Below, in pieces: positions 6,581-15,067 of a stretch of 24,559 nucleotides of DNA. Every line of letters starts with the position of its first letter. Within the stretch, counting starts at the first letter, position 1. Below the pieces are notes generated by a model, which saw only the letters and a list, made by a program, of their open reading frames with translations, did not search any database and was not told the origin of the DNA. Origin of the DNA: a virus (lineage: Duplodnaviria > Caudoviricetes); IMG/VR virus record IMGVR_UViG_3300025880_000109, positions 1 to 24,559 of that record; one strand, given 5' to 3'. The translations under genes and the position numbers were made by a program.

Positions 6581-8926
6581 CTAAATTGCACATGCATCAC
6601 AATATTCTTCATACTCTTCGTCGGAGCCGTTAAACTCTGTACGCTCAACTGGAGATTCTTTTACATTGTCGTGCCACCCTACGTTATGTGCCGGCTCGTC
6701 AATTAGTTCGCTTGGATCAGTTTTGTAATCATAAGTGTTTTGATAGTAACTTGTCTTCCAACCTAACTTGTAGGTATTTAGCAGGTCTTGTATCATCTGA
6801 CTCATTGGAACTTCATTATTTTCAAAATGTGTTGGATTATATGACCAATTACCACTAATGGCTTGATCAAAAAACTTTTGCATCACTGCTACTACTTTAA
6901 TATAACCTTCGTTACTAGGCATATCCCATAATAGCGTATAATGTTGTTTTAGCGTAGTATACTGTGGAACAATCTGCTTAAGAGGCCCCTTCTTGGACTT
7001 CTTAACGGACAAGTATCCGCGTGGTGGTTCGATTCCGTTAGTCGCGTTCGACACAACGGAACTGCTTTCTGATGGCATCTGAGCGGACAACGTCGAATGT
7101 CGTAAGCCGTGCTTTCTAATGCTCTTGCGTAAAGTATCCCAATCATATTTTAGTTTTACCTTTGCAACGTCATCAACTTCTTTCTTATATGTGTCAATAG
7201 GAAGTATGCCGTCACTATATTTAGTGCGGTTAAAGTATTCACAAGCACCACGTTCTTCGGCAAGTGTATTTGATGCTTTTAGCAAATAATATTGGAATGC
7301 TTCTGTAAGTTCATGTACAAGTTTCCATGCTTTTGGATCATCATACTTAACTTTGTTTTTTGCAAGATAATGTGCAAGTCCGATATAACCAACACCTAAT
7401 GAACGTCTTGCTTTAGTTGACTTCTCAGCCGCTTTAATTGGATAACGCTGGTAGTCAATAATTTCTTCTAGTGCTCTAACTGCTAAATCACAAAGGTCTT
7501 GTAAATCATCTAATTCTCTTAGTGTACCTACGTTAATAGCACTAAGGATACACAATGCAATTTCGCCTTCTTCGTCATCGATATGATTGAGTGGCTTAGT
7601 TGGTAATGTAATCTCTTGACACAAATTACTCATGTATACTTTGTCTTTAAATGAACTGTGTGTATTACAATGATCAACATTCATAATATAAATGCGTCCT
7701 GTTTCTGCACGTTCTTTAATTAACGCACTAAACAATTCCATTGCAGAAACTTTTGATTTTTTAATACTTGTCTTACGTTCGTATGACTCGTATAATTCTT
7801 TAAACTTATCAGCATCACCAAAGTATGCTTCGTATAAGCCTGGCACATCGTGTGGCGAGAATAAAGTTATGTCGCCTCCTGATAACAATCTTTCATACAT
7901 AGTTTTATTAAGTTGAATTGAATAATCTAACTTACGTACACGATTGTCTTCTGTGCCTTTGTTGTTCTTTAGCACAAGGATGTCTTCAATCTCTTGATGC
8001 CAAAAAGGAAAATGTGTTGTAGCACTTCCACCACGTACACCATTTTGTGTACAACAACGTACTGTGCTTTCGAACTTCTTTAGGAACGGGACAATACCTG
8101 TGTGTGCTACTTCGCCGCCTCTGATCTTTGAGTTAACGCCTCTGATTCTTCCTGCGTTGATTCCGATGCCTGCCCTTTGCGCCGTATAACGTCCAATAGA
8201 CATATCGCTGGCAAAAATGCTATCAAGGGTATCATCAGAGTCAACAAGAACGCAACTTGCAAACTGCCTGACAGGGGTCCTGACGCCTGCCATGACTGGC
8301 GTTGGGATATTGATTTTAAATAGTGAAGTCGAGTCATAGTATCTCCTTACATAATACATTCTATCTTCTTTAGGATAATTTGCAAATAGTGTTGCCGCAA
8401 TCATCATGTACATGAACTGAGGAGTCTCAAATATTTCGCCTGATGAACGATCCTGACAAAGATACTTGTCTGCAACTTGACGCAATCCTGCGTAGGTAAA
8501 GTTTTCATCTCGCTTGTGTTTAATGTATGCATCTAATGAAGAAATTTCAGTACTAGTATAAGATTCTAATATTGCAGGATCATACACACCACGATCGATA
8601 TTTTTTTGAATCATTTCATTGAACGGAATGTTTTTGTATTCACCAAAAACTTGTTTGTTAATACTATAAGATAATAAACGTGCCGCGGCATACTGATAGT
8701 TAGGTGCATCTAATGAAATTAAATCATTTGCACTTCTAATTAAAATTTCTTGTATTTCGTTAGTGCTCATACCATCGTAAAATTGTAAGTTTGCATTCAT
8801 TTCAATTTGACTAGCACTTACTCCTGCCAGTCCTTCACAGGCGTGCATTACTACCTTGTGAATCTTATCAATGTTTAGTGTTTCTTTAGTGCCGGTTCTT
8901 TTTACAATCATGGTACCGTTTGTCAT
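6581..8926 (-). CDS. nrdA: Ribonucleotide reductase class Ia alpha subunit with ATP cone
   Basis: IVKRTG ATP cone, QFASCVL, SNLCQEI, ALCILSAIN, KTSYY and C-terminal CDAC. No intein or intron. Confidence 0.98.
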   Translation of the reverse strand: MTNGTMIVKRTGTKETLNIDKIHKVVMHACEGLAGVSASQIEMNANLQFYDGMSTNEIQEILIRSANDLISLDAPNYQYAAARLLSYSINKQVFGEYKNIPFNEMIQKNIDRGVYDPAILESYTSTEISSLDAYIKHKRDENFTYAGLRQVADKYLCQDRSSGEIFETPQFMYMMIAATLFANYPKEDRMYYVRRYYDSTSLFKINIPTPVMAGVRTPVRQFASCVLVDSDDTLDSIFASDMSIGRYTAQRAGIGINAGRIRGVNSKIRGGEVAHTGIVPFLKKFESTVRCCTQNGVRGGSATTHFPFWHQEIEDILVLKNNKGTEDNRVRKLDYSIQLNKTMYERLLSGGDITLFSPHDVPGLYEAYFGDADKFKELYESYERKTSIKKSKVSAMELFSALIKERAETGRIYIMNVDHCNTHSSFKDKVYMSNLCQEITLPTKPLNHIDDEEGEIALCILSAINVGTLRELDDLQDLCDLAVRALEEIIDYQRYPIKAAEKSTKARRSLGVGYIGLAHYLAKNKVKYDDPKAWKLVHELTEAFQYYLLKASNTLAEERGACEYFNRTKYSDGILPIDTYKKEVDDVAKVKLKYDWDTLRKSIRKHGLRHSTLSAQMPSESSSVVSNATNGIEPPRGYLSVKKSKKGPLKQIVPQYTTLKQHYTLLWDMPSNEGYIKVVAVMQKFFDQAISGNWSYNPTHFENNEVPMSQMIQDLLNTYKLGWKTSYYQNTYDYKTDPSELIDEPAHNVGWHDNVKESPVERTEFNGSDEEYEEYCDACAI

Positions 8927-8968
8927 CTGTCTCTCTCCGTTCGTTGTTCTTTTATCTAATGTATGTGG

Positions 8969-8974
8969 TATTTA
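8969..8974 (-). promoter_or_regulatory. TAAATA late-like element upstream of nrdA
   Basis: CTAAATAC overlapping the upstream stop codon. Confidence 0.45.
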
Positions 8975-9397
8975 GTTTAGGGGTGGCATGCGATGAATCT
9001 CTTGCGGTTCTAGATCTTTTAGTGCTTGATCTACATGTACATGCGTTGAATTATCAAATCCTAACACCCTATCACCTACCACTAGCAAATAGTAATGTTC
9101 TGATTTTTTGTTGTTTATACCAATATGTATCTCGAATTTCTCCCTTGAAAAACGATCAGTTAACTGTAAAGAATAACACATACCTAGTACACGACAAAAG
9201 TCGCAATACATGTTTTCGTTAACTAACTCCCAGGGGGTAGGCCAAGTACTTGGTGTATACGGATCTGTATTAATACTCACCGTAGGTATTTTATTGTAAT
9301 AATTAATTACATCTTGCAGAGGATCATCAGACTTTTCCAATGTTTCTCTAAATGCTGACCATTCAGAGAGCCTTTGCTCATAATTTAATTCATTCAT
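8972..9397 (-). CDS. Hypothetical protein, possible transglutaminase-like (BTLCP-like) fold
   Basis: WPTPWEL....YCDFC..LG..YSL, HYYLLV and VLGFDN resemble BTLCP motif order. Confidence 0.5.
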   Translation of the reverse strand: MNELNYEQRLSEWSAFRETLEKSDDPLQDVINYYNKIPTVSINTDPYTPSTWPTPWELVNENMYCDFCRVLGMCYSLQLTDRFSREKFEIHIGINNKKSEHYYLLVVGDRVLGFDNSTHVHVDQALKDLEPQEIHRMPPLN

Positions 9398-9400
9398 TTA

Positions 9401-11011
9401 TTACCGTTTTGATCTCACGTGGAACTTGAAAGTCCCAGCGTCGGTTGCTGTTGCATTACTTACTTTAATTTCTACTGTATCTTTAGTTGTATCTGCATTT
9501 TCATCAACTAAAGCCGCAGTTAATTCAAAGTTTGTAACAAGACCTGTTGAACCAGTAAAGTTATACTCGTCCCTCACAATTATGTTATCATTATCATAAT
9601 CGACAGTAACATAAAGTATACCTGAGCGATGTGCTTGGTATGCTGTACTATGATAAACATAATCAATTTCGTAATTTGTATTTGCATCACCCGGTAGTCT
9701 AAAATATCTATTTGCTACTGATTGGAACACAACTTCTAAACTAGAAGTTCCATTCATATCAAATTGACAACTACCTTCAATGACTGGTGTAAACTTTTGG
9801 TTTACAATATATTGTTGTTCAAACGACAATGCTTCAAAACGTTTGAAGAAGTCACCGGAACTTGTATTTCCTGTTTTGTCAAACTTCATTACTGAATACG
9901 CACTGTTTGCTTCAGTACCATTGTTGTTACCAACACTGTTAAACGTGTTACCAACACTAGAATTATTTGTACCTTCTTTAACCCAAACAGCATTTCTTGC
10001 AATTTCATCAAAGGTACTGTTCTGAATTTTTGTTCCTGTTGGTCCTGCGTCTTGTCCTAGTTGTCCTAGTACTGTGTTTTCACCTAACACTATTCCATAA
10101 CCTAGTTCATCAAATGTACTACTCTTAACTAGAGTATCGTTAATGTTGAAGTCACTGTAAATTCCGTAAGTCCAACCTTTAATAGTAACATCAACAAATG
10201 TATTGTTGTTGCTCATTACTGCGGCACTATCGCCTATAAGACTAAATGCTTTTTGTCCTGCGACTATTGCATCACCTGATGTCCAATTACCTACAACTTT
10301 TAAGTTGCTAAAATGACTATCTCTTACACTGTGCATATCAAACATTACACCTGATACACTTTGATTTAAAGTTATACCTTCTATAGTAATATCTTTTGCT
10401 TGGTTAAGAAAACTATTTGTTGAAGTTGCCGCATATGATCCCGGTGTACTATCACCGTTTACAAATGTAAACCCTTCAGCGGCACTTGTATTAAAAATTG
10501 TTTTATCTATTCCTGCGCCACGAAGTGTAGCATAAGGAGGAAGTTTAATTGTTGCAGTAAGTTTATATGTACCAGGAGAAAGTATTAAATGAACTCTGCT
10601 TGACGGATTAGTTTTATTTGTATTAATGTAAAGTTGATCAATGGCTCTTTGAAATGCTACTGTGTCATCTGTGACACCATCGCCTACCATTCCAAAGTCT
10701 GAACTATAAACATGATCATCTAAACGTGCTTGTAAACTTCTTTGTATTGGTTGTGTCGAACTTGGTCCAGTTGTTATTCCACTATCATTTCTGTAAGTGT
10801 ACTGTCCTGCAAGTTGAAAAATGCTATCATGTTCTGTAAGAATCTTTGTGTTACCTACAGCAGGAGCACCTTCGCTCACACTGCCGTTTCCTACATAAAA
10901 TTCTTGACTATCAATTGCCCATCCAAGTTCACCTGAAGCAAGTTGTGGTAAGTTATCCACACCCTTTTTGCCTCTTCTAACTTGTATACGACTGATTTGT
11001 ACTACTGCCAT
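9401..11011 (-). CDS. Virion tailspike/fiber-like protein with pectate-lyase-like parallel beta-helix
   Basis: N-terminal RIQVRRG...LASGELGW...FYVGNG anchor module, DFGMVGDGVTDDTVAFQRAID...PGTY helix cap, Asn-ladder repeats, AGGAG RBS. Confidence 0.85.
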   Translation of the reverse strand: MAVVQISRIQVRRGKKGVDNLPQLASGELGWAIDSQEFYVGNGSVSEGAPAVGNTKILTEHDSIFQLAGQYTYRNDSGITTGPSSTQPIQRSLQARLDDHVYSSDFGMVGDGVTDDTVAFQRAIDQLYINTNKTNPSSRVHLILSPGTYKLTATIKLPPYATLRGAGIDKTIFNTSAAEGFTFVNGDSTPGSYAATSTNSFLNQAKDITIEGITLNQSVSGVMFDMHSVRDSHFSNLKVVGNWTSGDAIVAGQKAFSLIGDSAAVMSNNNTFVDVTIKGWTYGIYSDFNINDTLVKSSTFDELGYGIVLGENTVLGQLGQDAGPTGTKIQNSTFDEIARNAVWVKEGTNNSSVGNTFNSVGNNNGTEANSAYSVMKFDKTGNTSSGDFFKRFEALSFEQQYIVNQKFTPVIEGSCQFDMNGTSSLEVVFQSVANRYFRLPGDANTNYEIDYVYHSTAYQAHRSGILYVTVDYDNDNIIVRDEYNFTGSTGLVTNFELTAALVDENADTTKDTVEIKVSNATATDAGTFKFHVRSKR

Positions 11012-11030
11012 ATTCTTCTCCTATTATACA

Positions 11031-11036
11031 TATTTA
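11031..11036 (-). promoter_or_regulatory. TAAATA late-like promoter of the tailspike gene
   Basis: GCTAAATATG about 20 nt before the ATG, overlapping the upstream stop. Confidence 0.55.
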
Positions 11037-11714
11037 GCCGTGTTTCTCATAATATGCATAAACCCTATTCCACCATTCTTGTTCCCATTCTTTAAATTCA
11101 TGTGGCCATAGGTCAAATTGTTGGTATTCACCTGCTCTGCTACACATAAAGATGTGTCCTTCACAGATATTAGTATCATATATTTCGTTGTGTGCGATAG
11201 CATATGCTGTTAATTGTAAAAAATAATCTTGTACCCACTCTAATTTCTTAGGCTTATTAGTTTGTTTAAAGTCCATAATACAAGGTTGCCCTTTGTATTG
11301 TCCTACAAGGTCAGTAGTTCCTGCATACATTTGTGGAACATACAAAGCAACTTCACTGCCCCATATTTCATCTACATCTGATAGTGCTTGTTCTTTTACT
11401 TGTGTTGCCATCATGTGTGCTTGTTTAGCATAAGGATTACTGCCTGGTTCAGCCCACGTGCCAAACTCAACATAATCTTCTAAGTATTTGTGCATACGTG
11501 TTCCAACACCTGCGGCTTCTGTTACAATTTCTTGTGCTTTAGTTTCGCCTACACGTTTACGCCAAGCAATAAGATGTGTCTTGTCTTTTGTGGCGTCTAA
11601 GATTGTAGTAACGCTTGCTACAGCGTGGCCATCAGGGGTCAAGTACTTACGCTTACCATCTACGCTTTTTCGTTGAATTGTTTGATAATCAAATTTATTT
11701 GTTATTAGAGTCAT
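11034..11714 (-). CDS. PD-(D/E)XK exonuclease (phage/MGME1-like)
   Basis: SVTTIL, GTRMH, SEVAL, YAGTTD, MDFKQT and QLTAYA motifs. Start revised to MTLITNK (ATG 11714). Confidence 0.88.
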   Translation of the reverse strand: MTLITNKFDYQTIQRKSVDGKRKYLTPDGHAVASVTTILDATKDKTHLIAWRKRVGETKAQEIVTEAAGVGTRMHKYLEDYVEFGTWAEPGSNPYAKQAHMMATQVKEQALSDVDEIWGSEVALYVPQMYAGTTDLVGQYKGQPCIMDFKQTNKPKKLEWVQDYFLQLTAYAIAHNEIYDTNICEGHIFMCSRAGEYQQFDLWPHEFKEWEQEWWNRVYAYYEKHG

Positions 11715-12030
11715 CGACTTCGTCCCAATCATGTTGCATAGCAAATGGATCGCTATAAAAAGGATCCACTGTACTGAAAGGATCATCTTGTGCATCTACT
11801 TCAGTTACTTCTGGAACGTAATGTTTAATCATATTTTCGACACCAAGTTTAAGCGTCATAGTACTGCCTGAACATCCTGAACAGGCTCCGCCTAGTTCAA
11901 GTAATAGTCTACCGTCTTTATATTCTAGAAATTCAATGTTGCCGCCATGACTTGCAACGCCAGGCTTAACATGCGATTCAATTAACTCTTTAATTTGTTT
12001 GATGATTTCCTCATCAGTTCTTGTTGTCAT
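11695..12030 (-). CDS. NifU-C/Nfu-type Fe-S cluster carrier (single Nfu domain)
   Basis: VKPGVASHGGNIEF...LGGACSGC..STMTLKLGVENMIKHYVPEVTEV. AGGAG RBS. Confidence 0.92.
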   Translation of the reverse strand: MTTRTDEEIIKQIKELIESHVKPGVASHGGNIEFLEYKDGRLLLELGGACSGCSGSTMTLKLGVENMIKHYVPEVTEVDAQDDPFSTVDPFYSDPFAMQHDWDEVDDSNNK

Positions 12031-12054
12031 AAAGTATGCTCCTAATTTAAGTTA

Positions 12055-12083
12055 ATTATACTAGAAGTATTGTCTATTGTCAA
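12055..12083 (-). promoter_or_regulatory. Perfect-consensus sigma70 promoter for Nfu-exonuclease
   Basis: TTGACA (12083-12078), N17, TATAAT (12060-12055). Confidence 0.9.
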
Positions 12084-12367
12084 CCTAAATTTGTGGCTCT
12101 TTTTGCCATTGAGGAAACTGTTTGATCTGAACTTGGTTCTTTAGCGTCTTGTGGAATGTCATCCATTTCACTGCTTTTAAATGTTAATTTGTTCTTATCA
12201 AAGTTTTTGACCATTGCTTTTACTATAGGGTCAGTATTGTATGCTTGTAGGAAAACATCATAACTGAATTGTGACTTACCAACATTTTGCATTAGTTGGT
12301 CCAATTGATCAAATGTAAATGTTTTTTGGTCTTTGTTACTGAGGACGGTTAAGACCTTTTTCAACAC
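12080..12367 (-). CDS. Hypothetical domain, probably the -1 frameshift extension of 12388-13296
   Basis: GTG start lacks a spaced RBS and lies in a hairpin. The frame is open back through the slippery site. Confidence 0.7.
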   Translation of the reverse strand: MLKKVLTVLSNKDQKTFTFDQLDQLMQNVGKSQFSYDVFLQAYNTDPIVKAMVKNFDKNKLTFKSSEMDDIPQDAKEPSSDQTVSSMAKRATNLG

Positions 12368-12400
12368 TTCCGTGTCGACGTTCTCAGTTACGACTTTTTT
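12338..12400 (-). other. Programmed -1 ribosomal frameshift signal (putative)
   Basis: In-frame A_AAA_AAG (12400-12394), 5-nt spacer, stem ACUGAG-A-AC/GU-C-CUCAGU enclosing the UCGACAC-GGAA-GUGUUGA hairpin. Confidence 0.8.
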
Positions 12401-13296
12401 CCGGCTAGTATCGAACCAATCTTGCGTGAACGTTCTATGCTCTCACGTGTTTCGCGTCCTGCTTCTGCTTCGCCACCTGCGGCCGCCGCGTCTGCACCAA
12501 ATTCATCTTCTGCTTCACCTGTTTCTGGATCTACTGCTGGCTCTTCTGCATCTACTGTTGGTTCCATTGCTGGCTCTTCTGCTGGATCTTCAGCACCCAT
12601 TGTATCCACAGGCTCACCTTCGCCTGTTACAATGCCTACACCATTTGTTAGTGCTTCACGTGTTGATTCCATTGCAGTGTACATTGCTTCTAATGCTGGC
12701 TTTACCGCATTAGTAAATGCTTCTGATTTCTCTGCACCTAGTTCGTCTCTGATAGCATCTGCAAGTTCTAACATTGACTCTGTTTGCATTTCTGCTGTGT
12801 CTTCCATCCAACCTGTAACTCTGTCTACCATGTCTTTAGAAGCCATAACTAATTCTGCGTTATCTTCTGCACCTTCTTTGATTACTGATTCTTTCATTTC
12901 TTTCATGCAATCGTCAATCATATCTTTTAATTTACCTTGATCGCAATCTGGGTGCATTTTACAAATTTCTGCTTTAGTCTTACCATCTTTACACATTTTC
13001 GTAATGTGTGCTTTTGAAGGCATTTTATCTTCTGCTTCAACAACTGGTGGTGTTTCTTTAATTGCTTGATTAAGAACGTCTAAAAATAATTTTGACTTTT
13101 GATAACTTTCGCTCTTAACTGCATCAAAACTTTCGTTTGTTTCAATGTCTTTCAACATAGTACGCACTTTGTTACGTGCATCTTCTAGTTGTGGTAATGT
13201 AAATTTGGCAATATCAATTTTAGTGCCATAACGCTTTGCAAGACTCTCATTGAGTGTTGCCGCTGTAATTGGTGTTTTAATTTCTCTAATGTTCAT
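12388..13296 (-). CDS. Acidic helical protein, putative prohead core/internal head protein
   Basis: MNIREI leader, several L/I/V-x-E sites, Glu/Ala/Pro-rich tail, TAAATA upstream. Confidence 0.6.
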   Translation of the reverse strand: MNIREIKTPITAATLNESLAKRYGTKIDIAKFTLPQLEDARNKVRTMLKDIETNESFDAVKSESYQKSKLFLDVLNQAIKETPPVVEAEDKMPSKAHITKMCKDGKTKAEICKMHPDCDQGKLKDMIDDCMKEMKESVIKEGAEDNAELVMASKDMVDRVTGWMEDTAEMQTESMLELADAIRDELGAEKSEAFTNAVKPALEAMYTAMESTREALTNGVGIVTGEGEPVDTMGAEDPAEEPAMEPTVDAEEPAVDPETGEAEDEFGADAAAAGGEAEAGRETRESIERSRKIGSILAGKKS

Positions 13297-13326
13297 TGTT
13301 CATATCCTTGCAGAATTTGTTATAGT

Positions 13327-13332
13327 TATTTA
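13327..13332 (-). promoter_or_regulatory. TAAATA late-like promoter
   Basis: GATAAATAAC in the 41-nt gap before the 13296 start. Confidence 0.6.
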
Positions 13333-13337
13333 TCATT

Positions 13338-13754
13338 CTAATTGTATATATAGTCCTCAAGTCGAGTTCTACCTTTATCGATCTTGGTTGTAGCAATATC
13401 TAGCCTGCATTCTAGCACTTCTTTACGCAATTCATCGTCTGATTGCTTATAACTGTGCTGGAAAAATACTGCATCATTGTAGTTTTTTTCTATCTCGTAA
13501 TCAATTTTCAGTACTTCATTAACTACATTATGTCCTTCAGCATGTTTTTTAGCAATAGCAACTGCGGCTGTTTTACTAAATGTATGTGCAACTTGCTTTT
13601 GATGCTTCATATCAAACACATAGTTACCTTTTTTGCTTGTGCGAACTATCATATTACCTATGCGGACGCTGTTACCTTTCACATACGGAAAGGCTACATC
13701 TTCTAGACCTTGCTCGATCAAGGCTTTTAGTTCATTTACTAAGGCTTTCGTCAT
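13338..13754 (-). CDS. Hypothetical protein
   Basis: Start revised to MTKALV (ATG 13754, GGTGG upstream). Confidence 0.7.
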   Translation of the reverse strand: MTKALVNELKALIEQGLEDVAFPYVKGNSVRIGNMIVRTSKKGNYVFDMKHQKQVAHTFSKTAAVAIAKKHAEGHNVVNEVLKIDYEIEKNYNDAVFFQHSYKQSDDELRKEVLECRLDIATTKIDKGRTRLEDYIYN

Positions 13755-13947
13755 TTGCAACCACCATGATATTACCATTGTTATGTACTTTACTTACTAA
13801 ACTCTTACGTATTAGACCTTCAAGAACGAATTGTTCTCTTTCGTCAAAACTTTCATATGGCATAACACCTTTTACATTACGAAGTAAATCTGCTTCTTCG
13901 TTGCTCATTGCTATAGTAAATTGTGTTATTAACTCGTTTAGTTTCAT
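13732..13947 (-). CDS. Small hypothetical protein with MKLNEL leader, possibly wHTH-like
   Basis: Starts 1 nt after the upstream stop. EGLIRKSLVSKV helix-wing pattern. Confidence 0.7.
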   Translation of the reverse strand: MKLNELITQFTIAMSNEEADLLRNVKGVMPYESFDEREQFVLEGLIRKSLVSKVHNNGNIMVVANDESLSK

Positions 13948-13948
13948 T

Positions 13949-15067
13949 TTATTTCATACTCTGTAGTTGCTTTTTTAGCATATCTAATTCGGCTTTCTTA
14001 GCCTTAATTTGCTTTTGTGCAACGTCTTTCTGCATTTTCTGCATCTTGCGTTGCTGTGCTTGTGCTTTTGGATCAGTTGGGTCTGCGCCTGGTTGATCTG
14101 CGGCCGCTTGTGCTTGCTTTGGTCCAGGTCCAGGTACTATACCTGTTGCTGGTGTTGCCATTTGGGTGCCTGTTGCTCCCTGTGGTTTATTTGGTACATC
14201 AAATACTTCTGGGTCTGACTTTTTATATCCTGTACTTCCAGGTCCACCTCGTCCTGCTAGTGCCGCTAGTCCTGCTAGTCCTAATGCTCCTACTCCTAGT
14301 CCTCCTAGTCCTATGCCTTTACCTATTCCTCCAGATTTTTTAGGAAGTGTTCCTGTACCTGTTCTTGACTTAACACCCGGTGCTTGCTTTGGCTTAGGTG
14401 CTTGTTTAGGATTGGTACGTGCTTGTGGTTTAGGTGCTTGTTGTGGTTTAGGTACAGTACTACCTGGTTTAGGTTGTGCTACTCTTGGTGGTGGTTGTGT
14501 TCCTGGTCTAGGTGCTGTTGTACTTGCCGGTGGCTTAGGTGCCGCTGTACTAGGTGCAGGTGTTGTTGGTTGTTTAGGAGCCGCTGTTGCTCCTGGATTT
14601 GTAACTTGTGGATTACTTACTCTTGGCTTTGGTGGCTGAGTTCTTATCTTAGGTGCAGTACCTGGCTTTGGAGTTGCCAATGCTGGTGGTTGCATTGTAC
14701 TAGGTGGTGCTGTTGTACTTGCCGGTGGCTTAGGACTTGCTATGCTAGAAGGCGGTGCTGGTTGTCCTGGCGCACTAGTTTGTGGTGCCGTAACTGCTGG
14801 GTTTTGTGTCTTACCTGTTCTAGGTTGATTTCTACCTTTGCTTGTAGCCTTACCATCACGCTTAAATGCATCTTTACCTTTTTTAATTAAATTTTGTATA
14901 ACAGGTTTGCCACGCTTAATAAGTTCTTGCCCACCTTTTTTAATAATTGGTCCTGCCGCGCTTGCCGCTCCTCTTGCTAGTGCCGGTATTAGGGCAAGCG
15001 GATTTTCATTAATGATTAGATCAAGACGTTCGCCTTTGTCGTTTTTGTTAAACTCGTCAAATCTCAT
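13949..15067 (-). CDS. Pro/Ala/Thr/Lys-rich low-complexity protein with Gly-zipper hydrophobic segment and C-terminal coiled coil
   Basis: MRFDEF leader, TAATG coupling, GIGKGIGLGGLGVGALGLAGLAALAG segment. Confidence 0.75.
   Translation of the reverse strand: MRFDEFNKNDKGERLDLIINENPLALIPALARGAASAAGPIIKKGGQELIKRGKPVIQNLIKKGKDAFKRDGKATSKGRNQPRTGKTQNPAVTAPQTSAPGQPAPPSSIASPKPPASTTAPPSTMQPPALATPKPGTAPKIRTQPPKPRVSNPQVTNPGATAAPKQPTTPAPSTAAPKPPASTTAPRPGTQPPPRVAQPKPGSTVPKPQQAPKPQARTNPKQAPKPKQAPGVKSRTGTGTLPKKSGGIGKGIGLGGLGVGALGLAGLAALAGRGGPGSTGYKKSDPEVFDVPNKPQGATGTQMATPATGIVPGPGPKQAQAAADQPGADPTDPKAQAQQRKMQKMQKDVAQKQIKAKKAELDMLKKQLQSMK
14511..14734. repeat. Exact 29-nt direct repeat (14511-14539 and 14706-14734) encoding PKPPASTTAP
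   Basis: ggtgctgttgtacttgccggtggcttagg twice, 195 nt (65 codons) apart. Confidence 0.9.

Noticed and set aside
5418-8926. Intron or intein in nrdA/nrdB
   Set aside because: Both ORFs are continuous, of normal length, with motifs at expected spacing.
11034-11714. Cas4 or Fe-S nuclease paired with Nfu
   Set aside because: Lacks the Cas4 C-terminal Cys cluster; no cas genes or array.
12333-12940. Plus-strand ORFs of 126 and 172 aa
   Set aside because: Antisense to the acidic low-complexity gene; composition mirrors its codons.
14511-14734. 29-nt repeat as a possible CRISPR array
   Set aside because: Only two copies, 195 nt apart, in frame inside a coding sequence.
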